Shown here piece by piece: positions 9,301 to 17,270 of a DNA stretch of 18,622 bases. Position 1 is the stretch's first letter. Each line of letters opens with the position of its first letter. Source of the stretch: Armatimonadota bacterium. GTDB lineage: Bacteria > Armatimonadota > Armatimonadia > Armatimonadales > Armatimonadaceae. The notes beneath the pieces are model-generated. The model was not told the origin of the DNA, searched no databases, and saw only the letters and a list, made by a program, of their open reading frames with translations. Where the stretch lies: contig JAYUUO010000022.1 of the NCBI GenBank assembly GCA_043754515.1, positions 1 to 18,622 of the forward strand. Direction: 5' to 3'. Made by a program: the position numbers and the translations under genes.

Positions 9301-10461
9301 CTAGCCGAGTTGGAGCGGCGTTGGTGTCGGCACCGGCGTGGGTTTGGGCGTCGGTGTTGGCATGGGCGTCGGCGTGGGTTTGGGCGTCGCGGTCGGCGTG
9401 GGTGTCGGCACGGGCGTTGGCGTCGGCACAGGTGTGGGCGTCGGCTTGGGCGTCGGTGTTGGCACAGGTGTGGGCGTGGGTTTGGGCGTGGGCGTGGGCG
9501 TCGGTGTCGGCGTCGGCGTCGGCGTCGGCGGCGCGGGCGTCGGCGTCGGCGGCGCGGGCGTCGGCGTCGGCGTCGGCGACGCCGGAACGGGCGTCGGTGA
9601 CGGCGTTGGTGCCGGAGAGTTGGTGACATTGGGTCGGAACCCTGGCAGTCCCCCGGATCCCGGTGGGAGCGGTGCCGACGTATTCGTCTGGAAGTTGCGC
9701 ATTTGGACGCTACCTCCCTGCAAATCGGACACTTTGCGGCTGCCATTTAGCGTGTCACTGCTCTGGTCGCCGAGCAAGTAGGAATATTCGCCCGCGACGA
9801 TCTTCAGGCTTACCGTTTTATCTGTCCCTTGCCTCGCGAACGATATAGAACCGGGGTGCGTGGCGACGTCCCGCATCAGAATAGTGGCATCGGCCAACGG
9901 TGTACGCGAGTCCTTCATCACCAGGTAGCTGCCGTTCGGGTTCGCGTTCGGAGTCATTTTGGTGCTCGCGTCCACGGGCGGGTCGGCGCGGTAAACGAGG
10001 TAGAAATAAGTGGCGGGGGTTCCCCGATCGTTCACATTACTGACGGCGTAGGAGTCGCTCACGGCGACTCCGGTGACGGTATTGGAACCGATCTGTGTAC
10101 CGGGAGGAATGATGACGATTCCTGTGTAGACGGTTTTGCCATCCGCTGTGTTCATAAAGTTCGAGGGTGACCCGAAATCCCAGCCTACTTCGCCCGGCAG
10201 GACTACATTCGTCGCTTCGGAGAGCAAGGAGGCGATTTTCGTGTAGGATACCGACGCGCTCCGGGTGGCACCCGCACCGGCGCGCACGCGTAGGATGCCC
10301 GCCGACGACTGCTCGAAAAGCAACATCGTGGCGATGAAGACGAGGCTCATCAGGAACACGGCGATCATCATTTCGATCATAGTGAAGCCGCGCCGGGGGC
10401 GAAGCGTGGGAGCATCCGTACCCGGCGCGTCCGGGTCATTCATCTGTGTGTCTTTACTCAT
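9301..10461 (-). CDS. PilW/GspJ-like prepilin with C-terminal Pro/Thr-rich tail
   Basis: Type IV prepilin motif [31 protein letters not shown]; middle position of a three-pilin block; about 100-aa PT-repeat tail. Confidence 0.8.
   Translation of the reverse strand: MSKDTQMNDPDAPGTDAPTLRPRRGFTMIEMMIAVFLMSLVFIATMLLFEQSSAGILRVRAGAGATRSASVSYTKIASLLSEATNVVLPGEVGWDFGSPSNFMNTADGKTVYTGIVIIPPGTQIGSNTVTGVAVSDSYAVSNVNDRGTPATYFYLVYRADPPVDASTKMTPNANPNGSYLVMKDSRTPLADATILMRDVATHPGSISFARQGTDKTVSLKIVAGEYSYLLGDQSSDTLNGSRKVSDLQGGSVQMRNFQTNTSAPLPPGSGGLPGFRPNVTNSPAPTPSPTPVPASPTPTPTPAPPTPTPAPPTPTPTPTPTPTPTPKPTPTPVPTPTPKPTPTPVPTPTPVPTPTPTATPKPTPTPMPTPTPKPTPVPTPTPLQLG
9316..9615 (-). repeat. Coding tandem repeat encoding (PT)n, with PAPPTPT and [12 protein letters not shown] super-units
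   Basis: Plus strand shows runs of GGCGTC hexamers and duplicated 21-bp and about 36-bp units. 100 codons with 33 Thr and 2 Ser by hand count. Confidence 0.95.
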
Positions 10462-10511
10462 TGTTCAATTTCCTTGGCTTAGCTAGTGCGTGCGAGTCGG
10501 CGATGAGTCGG

Positions 10512-11153
10512 CTAAAAAACATCCGTCTTCGGAACCAGCGAGGTGAGCCTGTAGGTGCTCAGCGGCTGTCCTGGGGTCCGCCAGGTGATCGTGATCGTGA
10601 CCTGCAACAGCGGCGAATTGGTGCCTCCCACAGTATTGTCCTGCCATCCGCTGATGTCCATCCTTCCAGTGACGTCCGTGTCTCCGGGGAAAGAGTTGAG
10701 CGTCACTTGGGGCTGGCACGCCGGACTCCCGTTTAACTGGTACTTTCGGAGACCATCCTGTTTGGTGAAATAGCCTGTGAGCTGATAAGTCTTACCAGCG
10801 GCGACTCCGGCGTTGGGTCCCGTCCCTGTCGCGATGGGGTTTGGGTCAAACCACTCGCACGGATCGGCGGACGATCCGGCAGTGCTCAGCACCCCTTTGG
10901 TCGTCAGCGTCGTCACGTTCAGGTTGGCGTACCGGATGCTCGGGTCCATCAACTGGTCTATCTTGCGTTGCGCGATCACGCCCGCGAGGCGGTAGTAGTT
11001 TGCCTCCTTGACGGAGCGGAGCGACGTGGGCACGACGGCGGCGAACATCAGAGCCATGAACAGCAAAATGAAGACCGAGATCAGCACCTCAATCAGGAAA
11101 AATCCGGCCGGTCGCGCCGCCAGTTTTTGTTTCAGGTTATTTTTGTTAGTCAT
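10512..11153 (-). CDS. PilV/GspI-like prepilin
   Basis: Basic leader KQKLAARPAG|FFLIEVLISVFILLFMALMF; helix LAGVIAQRKIDQL; C-terminal LLQVTITITW strand typical of PilV/GspI; one Cys pair. Confidence 0.8.
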   Translation of the reverse strand: MTNKNNLKQKLAARPAGFFLIEVLISVFILLFMALMFAAVVPTSLRSVKEANYYRLAGVIAQRKIDQLMDPSIRYANLNVTTLTTKGVLSTAGSSADPCEWFDPNPIATGTGPNAGVAAGKTYQLTGYFTKQDGLRKYQLNGSPACQPQVTLNSFPGDTDVTGRMDISGWQDNTVGGTNSPLLQVTITITWRTPGQPLSTYRLTSLVPKTDVF

Positions 11154-11293
11154 GTTTATTTCCCCCGGCCGCCGCGCGGCGGTGTGTCTCTCGTATTAGT
11201 CGGTCGCGCGTGCCATTGTAGTTAGCCCGTGTTATCACCAGTTTTATGGCGGGGTATTATGGCCCGCGCCTCTACCGCCCCGCCTTATCCCGA

Positions 11294-12946
11294 CTAGATC
11301 CAGATCCGCCCCAGCCAGAAATGCCTCTCCGAATAATTACCGGTTATGGGTGCCGCCGTCAGCATCGGGTAATAAAACACGAACCAGATCAAGACTGCCA
11401 GCAGGTACGACGCTACGACTATACGCCATTGCCCGTGATTTTCATCATGGGACAGTTCGCCTAAGTACCTGTTTATTCCGATTATTTTCTTCTTGCCTGG
11501 TTGCCAGAGCGTGACCAGGAAATACGCCAGCGCGATACAGACGAATGGTATCGCCTCGAACAGGTAGTGCATGAAGTTCAGCCCACGCGCCTTCGCCAGC
11601 CAGCAGAACCACTGCCCTAGCCCGAGCAGACAAACCAGTGCCAGGTTCGACCGCCGGAACCGCACCGACACCCAGGTGCCCGCCGCCATCGTCGGCAGGA
11701 ACGCCCACCAGATGAACGCGTTGCCGACGCACCATATTCCTCGCACTATTTCGGCACCGACTGGTCCCCTCTTATCGAAGAAGTACCAGACCGGTCGTAG
11801 CATGAGCGGCCAGGACCACGCGGGCGAGTCGTAGTTATGATCCGCCACCAGGGTGCTATGGTAGTGGTACATGTCTCCCTGCTGCGAGAGGACTTTTCCC
11901 CAGCCGTGCAGGTTATAATTCCACGTGAGCAACTTCTGTGCCAAAGTCCCTCCGCCCTGTAGAACAAACGGAATATATGTCGCCGCGTAGATCACGCAAG
12001 GCACCACGAGGAGCGCGAGTGTGAACAAGGCGGCGCGGCCGAGGAAGTAACGCCCCGACCACCCCGCCTTCTGCCAGCGGGTCACGGCGTCCGCCAGGAT
12101 GGACAGGAACAGGAGCGCGAACGCGTAGAGGCTCGACCAGCGCGTCGCGATAGCCAGGCCGAGGAATAGGCCCATGCCGAACAGGTGGCGCGGCCGTTGC
12201 TCCTCCGTCCAGCGCCACGCCGCCCACGCCGCCCAGATGATGAAGCAGACGGTGAAGATGTTCGTCATCGCGATCCGCGACTGGACGAAGAACACGCCGT
12301 CCGCGGCGAGTAATAGCATCGCGAGGGTGGCCACGGCTCTATTCTTGAACAGAGCGCGGGCGAGGGCGTACTGTCCCAGGAGCGCGAGCGTCCCGAAGAT
12401 CACCGAGGGGAGTCGCCACGCGATCGCGGCGCGCGCGGAGAAGGTAGCATCCGGCGACCAGACGCCCTCCGACGGGTCGAAATACTCGCGGGCGAGCGTT
12501 AGGCTTTCCGCCTGCAATAGCTTAGACAGGTGCGGGTGCGTCCACTCATGCGGGTTCATCCCCCACACGAACTCCATCGCGGTACGCACGTGGTGAACCT
12601 CGTCGAAGACCTGTTTTTGCGGATAGCCTAGCCGCCATAGGGCGAGCAGATAAAACAAAACCGCGATGATCAGGGGGACGACCCGGTCGTAGTGAGCGGC
12701 AGAGAAGATTCGGGTTATTCCCGCCCGCCGCCCCGCTGCGTCGCGCCCCGCCGCGCTCCCCCCGGCGGCACCGGCGTTGTCATCCCCCCGATCCGCATCC
12801 CGGTCGATCTCGACCGGGACGCCCGCGTACGGATAGCGGTAATAGAAAGACCCGAGGATGCCCCCCAGCACCAGGATGACCGCCATGGGCAACACGAATA
12901 CCAGCGGCTCCAGACCGGGCATATGATTTACGGCGACGAATAGCAC
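11294..12946 (-). CDS. GT39/PMT-family lipid-linked-sugar protein O-glycosyltransferase (protein O-mannosyltransferase-like)
   Basis: Polytopic membrane protein. RLGYP..VFDEVHHV carries the catalytic DE motif; also HPHLSK, WRLP, FVQSRIAM, ATRWS and C-terminal YHSTL..HNYDSPAWSWPLMLRPVWY, GN, FMHYL motifs typical of bacterial Pmt. SD GAGGAG 8 nt before GTG. Confidence 0.85.
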   Translation of the reverse strand: MLFVAVNHMPGLEPLVFVLPMAVILVLGGILGSFYYRYPYAGVPVEIDRDADRGDDNAGAAGGSAAGRDAAGRRAGITRIFSAAHYDRVVPLIIAVLFYLLALWRLGYPQKQVFDEVHHVRTAMEFVWGMNPHEWTHPHLSKLLQAESLTLAREYFDPSEGVWSPDATFSARAAIAWRLPSVIFGTLALLGQYALARALFKNRAVATLAMLLLAADGVFFVQSRIAMTNIFTVCFIIWAAWAAWRWTEEQRPRHLFGMGLFLGLAIATRWSSLYAFALLFLSILADAVTRWQKAGWSGRYFLGRAALFTLALLVVPCVIYAATYIPFVLQGGGTLAQKLLTWNYNLHGWGKVLSQQGDMYHYHSTLVADHNYDSPAWSWPLMLRPVWYFFDKRGPVGAEIVRGIWCVGNAFIWWAFLPTMAAGTWVSVRFRRSNLALVCLLGLGQWFCWLAKARGLNFMHYLFEAIPFVCIALAYFLVTLWQPGKKKIIGINRYLGELSHDENHGQWRIVVASYLLAVLIWFVFYYPMLTAAPITGNYSERHFWLGRIWI

Positions 12947-13010
12947 GGCGTTGACTCCTCAGTTGATTCCTTTAGTTTCGGCATGACGGTATGTTACTCC
13001 TGCCTATACT

Positions 13011-13027
13011 TGCAAAGTTCGTGCCAA
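13011..13027 (-). promoter_or_regulatory. sigma54 (-24/-12) promoter facing the PMT-like gene
   Basis: Minus strand TTGGCACGAACTTTGCA matches the consensus YTGGCACG-N4-TTGCW with exact GG-N10-GC spacing. Intergenic, 64 nt upstream of the GTG. Confidence 0.9.
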
Positions 13028-13114
13028 GCGTTAGCGAAAATACGGGGGGGTCGGTAGACTAACGGAACACCGCTTCGCCCCGAAGCGCGGCGGGACTTCA
13101 GATAAAGAGGCAAC

Positions 13115-13504
13115 ATGAACAAACAAGCGATATACCCGAAGGAGGGTGGCGCGCCGGTGGGCGGCGCGCCGTACTCGCCGGCGGTGAAGACGCATAACAC
13201 GCTCTACATCTCTGGGCAACTCGGGATTGATCCGGCGACGGGCAAGCCGTTCGAGGATTTCGGGCGGCAGGTGGAGGGCGCGATCACGGGGATGCGACGG
13301 TTGTGCGAGGCGGCGGGGGGGACCCTCGGCGACGTGGTGAAGACCACCGTGTTTCTGGCCGACTTGAGCCAGTTCGCCGCGCTGAACGCCGTTTACGCGG
13401 CTCATTTCACGGGCGACCCGCGCCCGGCGCGTTCCACGTTTCAGGTCGCCGCTCTACCGCTCGGCGCGGCGGTGGAGATCGAGGGGGTCGCGGTCATCGG
13501 GTAG
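13115..13504 (+). CDS. ridA: RidA/YjgF/UK114 family enamine/imine deaminase
   Basis: PYSPAV, LYISGQLGIDP, DVVKTTVFLADL, N..YAAHF, RPARS (catalytic Arg), LP..AAVEIE. SD AAGAGG. Confidence 0.9.
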   Translation: MNKQAIYPKEGGAPVGGAPYSPAVKTHNTLYISGQLGIDPATGKPFEDFGRQVEGAITGMRRLCEAAGGTLGDVVKTTVFLADLSQFAALNAVYAAHFTGDPRPARSTFQVAALPLGAAVEIEGVAVIG

Positions 13505-13617
13505 GCGCAGGTCCCCTCGCCCCGCGTGGGGCAATAGTGGAAGTTGCCGGGCGGGGGGATACCCTGAGAACGGGGGGGCGGTATGCCAACAATAATCAAA
13601 TGGGTGATATGTCTACC

Positions 13618-15129
13618 ATGCGACTTACGCACTCTGTCGAAAATCGGCAACAACAAGCACAACGCATAGATCCCCGCCAGATCCTCGCTAGTGAAATCCT
13701 CGCCTGGACCACGGGCGAGCTTGAGGCGGCGGTTGACCGCGAGCTCGCGGACAACCCCGCGCTCGAGACCCGGGACGGGGCGACGGTCTGGGGGCAGGGC
13801 GGCGTGTCCGGCGCGGGCGATTCGGAGTCGCGCGGGGTTTCGCTCGCCGCCGCCGCTGGCGGCCCGAAGGGGAGTGAGGCAGCCCCCATCGAGCGCGGCC
13901 CGTCCATCAACCAGCCGCAGTCTAGCGACCGCTGGGACGAGGACCCGCTGGAGCGGATCGCCATGTCGCGGTCGCTACGAGACCATCTCCGCGATCAGGT
14001 GGGGCAGGTGGCGGACGATGCCATCGCCGACGTCACCCGGTATCTGATTGAATGGGTCGACGAGCGTGGCTACCTGACGGCGGATCTCGCGGAGGTCGCC
14101 GAGAAGTTCCGCGCGTCCCCGTCTACCGTGGAGGAAGCCATCCGCGCCTTGCAGAGCATGGAACCGTGCGGGGTCGGGGCGCGCGACGTGCGCGAGTGTC
14201 TGCGCCTCCAGATCGAGTATCTAGACCAGGGCGACGAAGCACCACCCCTCGCGAAGCGGATCATGCAAATCTGCTGGGAGGATCTGGTCGCGCACCGCGA
14301 GGAGCGCATCGCGTCCCGACTCCGGGCACCGGTGGCCGACGTGCGCGTCGCCCTGCGCTACCTGCGCCACGCCCTGACTCCCTACCCCGGCGCGGCATTC
14401 CGCCCGGCCTCGCCCGGCAAAAATAGCACCACCGAGGCGACTTCCTCGGTGCGGCCCGACATCATCTACCAGCGCACCGAGGCCGGTTTCAGCGTGGAGC
14501 TTACCCGCGACTACGAGGACGCCCTGACGATCTCGCCGATGTGGCGCAAACTAGCGGATCGCAACGACAAAGGGTCCGACGAATCCCTGCGCCGCTACAT
14601 CCGCGAACACGTCGAGCGTGCGCAGACGTTTATGAACGGGCTATCGCGCCGGGGTCGCACCCTGCGATTGATCGCGCACACGCTCGCGCACGTGCAGCAG
14701 GGCTACCTGGAGACCGCGAACCGCGCCTTCCTGCGCCCCCTGACGCGGCAGACGCTCGCGGAGGAGTTGGAGCTCGACGAGTCGGTGATCAGCCGCGCCG
14801 TCGCCGACAAGTGGGCGCAACTGCCTGGAGGCGAAATGGTGCTCCTGGACGCGTTCTTCGGCAACTCGCACGCCGTGCGCGAAGCACTCGTGACGCTGAT
14901 CTCGGGTGAGGACCCGCACGAACCACTCAGCGACGACGACCTCGCCGACCACTTGACGGCGCAAGGGTTTCCCCTTGCGCGGCGCACGGTGGCGAAGTAC
15001 CGGTCCTTGGAGAAGATCCTTCCGGCGCGGTTACGCAAACGCGACGACCCGGACGCACTCCGCGACGAGACGGACTCCATACGGGCCGAGATGTACGCCA
15101 TCGAAGTCATCGCCGTACCTGACGCGTGA
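13618..15129 (+). CDS. rpoN: RNA polymerase sigma-54 factor
   Basis: Region I-like Q-rich N-terminus ending in ELADNPALE; SLRDHLRDQ, DERGYL, LQSMEPCGVGARDVRECLRLQ, PYPG, RPDII, LRPLT..LAEELELDESVISRAVADKW, ED...PLSDD; RpoN box ARRTVAKYR. Start is one of ATG 13600, 13609 or 13618; the ORF-track start at 13303 overlaps ridA. Confidence 0.92.
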   Translation: MRLTHSVENRQQQAQRIDPRQILASEILAWTTGELEAAVDRELADNPALETRDGATVWGQGGVSGAGDSESRGVSLAAAAGGPKGSEAAPIERGPSINQPQSSDRWDEDPLERIAMSRSLRDHLRDQVGQVADDAIADVTRYLIEWVDERGYLTADLAEVAEKFRASPSTVEEAIRALQSMEPCGVGARDVRECLRLQIEYLDQGDEAPPLAKRIMQICWEDLVAHREERIASRLRAPVADVRVALRYLRHALTPYPGAAFRPASPGKNSTTEATSSVRPDIIYQRTEAGFSVELTRDYEDALTISPMWRKLADRNDKGSDESLRRYIREHVERAQTFMNGLSRRGRTLRLIAHTLAHVQQGYLETANRAFLRPLTRQTLAEELELDESVISRAVADKWAQLPGGEMVLLDAFFGNSHAVREALVTLISGEDPHEPLSDDDLADHLTAQGFPLARRTVAKYRSLEKILPARLRKRDDPDALRDETDSIRAEMYAIEVIAVPDA

Positions 15130-15135
15130 TATACT
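15127..15135 (+). promoter_or_regulatory. Extended -10 element (TGaTATACT) just upstream of thrB, overlapping the rpoN stop
   Basis: TG-n-TATACT, then 9 nt to the ATG; no SD present. Confidence 0.55.
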
Positions 15136-15144
15136 GCGCTAACC

Positions 15145-16104
15145 ATGGAACCTAGCTTTTCCTCCGTCACGGTGCGGGTCCCCGCCTCCTCCGCTAACCT
15201 CGGCCCCGGCTTCGACACGCTCGGTATGGCGGTCACTCTTTACAACACGTGGACATTCCGTCCCTCCCCGGACGAGAATCACCATATCACCGGCTTCGGC
15301 GAGCCGCTCACCACCCGCCACACAAACGACAGTCTGCTCCTGGAAGCCGCGCAGGAACTTTCCCTCCAGACTGGATTCGGCGATCTCGCTCCCCTCTCGG
15401 TGGAAGCCGATATACGCATCCCGGTGCAACGCGGCATGGGTAGTAGCGCGAGCGCGGTGGTGGGGGGACTACTCGGTGCCAACGCGCTATTCAACTTCGG
15501 CGCGTCCCGCGATCAACTACTGACCATCGCCTACGCCCTTGAAGGGCACGCCGATAACGCGGCGGCGGCGATCTTCGGCGGCATCGAGTGCGTGACGACC
15601 GGGCGCGACAACGTCGGGCCACTACTTTTCCACCGCGCGGTGCCGGTGTCGCCGGTAATTCGCGAGAAACTGTTCATCGTGGCGTGCGTACCCTCGGCGC
15701 GGATGGGCACCGACGCGTCACGCCGCGTCCTGCCGCGCACCGTTTCGTTCGAGAACGCGGCGTTTTCCATCAACCGGCTGGCACTGCTGATGATCGCGTT
15801 CGTGAACGGCGAGCCGGAACTTTTGCGCTACGGCCTGGCGGACGATTTGCACCAGCCGTATCGCTGGGGGCAAATCAAGGGACTAACCGAGGCGATCGGG
15901 GTCGCGGTCGCGTCGGGCGACTACGGGGCGTGTCTGAGCGGGAGCGGCTCGACCCTGCTTTCGTTCTGCCCGAGCGAGGAGGTTGCGCACCGGGTGGGAG
16001 ATGCGATGCGGGCGGCTCTCGAAGCGAACGGGACGCCAGTAGACGCGGTACACATCGTGCGCATAGACAAAAGCGGCGCGACGGTTCATACCGAGCCTTT
16101 ATAG
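15145..16104 (+). CDS. thrB: Homoserine kinase (GHMP family)
   Basis: VRVPASSANLGPGFDTLG, IPVQRGMGSSASA, EGHADN, DDLHQPYR, CLSGSGST. Confidence 0.95.
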   Translation: MEPSFSSVTVRVPASSANLGPGFDTLGMAVTLYNTWTFRPSPDENHHITGFGEPLTTRHTNDSLLLEAAQELSLQTGFGDLAPLSVEADIRIPVQRGMGSSASAVVGGLLGANALFNFGASRDQLLTIAYALEGHADNAAAAIFGGIECVTTGRDNVGPLLFHRAVPVSPVIREKLFIVACVPSARMGTDASRRVLPRTVSFENAAFSINRLALLMIAFVNGEPELLRYGLADDLHQPYRWGQIKGLTEAIGVAVASGDYGACLSGSGSTLLSFCPSEEVAHRVGDAMRAALEANGTPVDAVHIVRIDKSGATVHTEPL

Positions 16105-16111
16105 AGCCATC

Positions 16112-17260
16112 TCAGGTGGTGGGGCCGACGCCGGTGTAGAAGGGCGCGAGAGCGGAGCGGAGCAGGGCGGGCCGCCCGATGGCGTCCCGGAGCGCGGACG
16201 CCCCCTCGCTCCCGGTCAAGCCCGCCCCGGTACGCAGTTCGGCGAGTAGCCGCGCGAAAAGTCGCTCGTCCGGCGCGGCGGTGATCTGGTAGCCGCGCCC
16301 CCAGGGGAGCAGAGCACACGCCGCGCAAAGCCGGAGCGCGGAAAGCATCTCTAGCGCGTCGCGCGCGGACAGCCGTTCCGCCCCCTCGACTTTCTCCCAT
16401 GCGGCGAGTGCCGCCCGTGTCGCGCGGTCACGTCGCTTGCGGTCCCCCGCCACTTCGCGACGCGCGAGCCGCTCGTCGCGCACCAGGATGTCGGCGAAGC
16501 CGCGCACGCGCCCCGCCGTGTGCGCAACCGTTACCCCCAGCGTCTGCGCGTTGCTGACCTGGAACAGATCCCCGGCGGCGACCGAATTCTCCCCGTGCGC
16601 GCCGCGCACCGAAACGCCGAGCTGCGCCGCCGCGTCGAACACCCGGTCCAGCCGGTCGAGGAATACCAGCGCGGGCAGGTGTGCGAGCACCGACAGGCGC
16701 AGACCGGTGCCGGTGTTGCTCATTGAGGCGGTTAAGTAGCCCCACTTCTCCGGGTCATGCGCCCAGCGGAGTCGCGCCCCGAGCCGCGCTTCGACATCGA
16801 GCGCGTTACTCAGAGCGGAATGCGGCGCGTTCCCCGGCACAAGTGTTTGCAGACGCAGGTGATCCTCCTCGTTGATAAACAGGCCGACGCACCCGCTCCC
16901 GTCGAGTAGCGCGTACCGCTCCGCCCCTCCCGCCGCGAGTTCGGGGGAGATGCGGCGGGCGTCCACGAGTTCGGCGCGGTCGCGGGCGGAAAGCGAGGCG
17001 ATTTCCACCGGGAGCAGGTCGAGGAGGCGACCCGTGTCGGCGTGCGCTGCCTGGCGGATGGAGCGGGCGACGCGCCGCAAACCGGTCTCGCTGGCGCGGG
17101 CGGGGAACGGGAGGTCGGCGAGGTTCCGCGCTAGACGCGCGCGGGCGGAGACGATCACGTCGCCGTCCGGCACCGGCTCCCGCGTCCCGGCGACGCCCGT
17201 CCAGACAGGTGCTTTCAGCGATTCGGGCAGGGGGCGCGGCGCGGTGAACGGTTCGGACAT
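16112..17260 (-). CDS. mcsB: McsB-like ATP:guanido phosphotransferase (divergent)
   Basis: DVIVSARARLARNLADLPFP, RRISPEL, INEEDHLRLQ, GYLT....NTGTGLRLSVLAHLPAL, VRGAHGENS..GDLFQVSN.QTLG, and a C-terminal EALEMLSALRL-type dimerisation region. The CPTN motif is replaced by SMSN. Confidence 0.8.
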   Translation of the reverse strand: MSEPFTAPRPLPESLKAPVWTGVAGTREPVPDGDVIVSARARLARNLADLPFPARASETGLRRVARSIRQAAHADTGRLLDLLPVEIASLSARDRAELVDARRISPELAAGGAERYALLDGSGCVGLFINEEDHLRLQTLVPGNAPHSALSNALDVEARLGARLRWAHDPEKWGYLTASMSNTGTGLRLSVLAHLPALVFLDRLDRVFDAAAQLGVSVRGAHGENSVAAGDLFQVSNAQTLGVTVAHTAGRVRGFADILVRDERLARREVAGDRKRRDRATRAALAAWEKVEGAERLSARDALEMLSALRLCAACALLPWGRGYQITAAPDERLFARLLAELRTGAGLTGSEGASALRDAIGRPALLRSALAPFYTGVGPTT

Positions 17261-17270
17261 CGGGAACCCC

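Noticed and set aside
9316..9615. Possible CRISPR array
   Set aside because: Short contiguous coding repeats with no unique spacers and no cas genes.
9262..9781. Poly-Arg, Gly-Val and Ala-Ser/Trp ORFs in alternative frames
   Set aside because: They are shadows of the PT-coding hexamer repeat.
11199..11215. Second sigma54-like site (TGGCACG) upstream of the pilV-like gene
   Set aside because: The -24 half matches, but the -12 position reads ACCGA instead of TTGCW.
6908..12946. Pilin/PMT block as a tRNA-integrated genomic island
   Set aside because: It lies on the 5' side of the tRNAs, and I saw no integrase or duplicated tRNA 3' end. The slightly lower GC by eye is not sufficient evidence.
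13303..13617. N-terminal extension of RpoN in the ORF track
   Set aside because: It overlaps ridA in another frame and spans an intergenic hairpin; sigma54 similarity begins near 13618.
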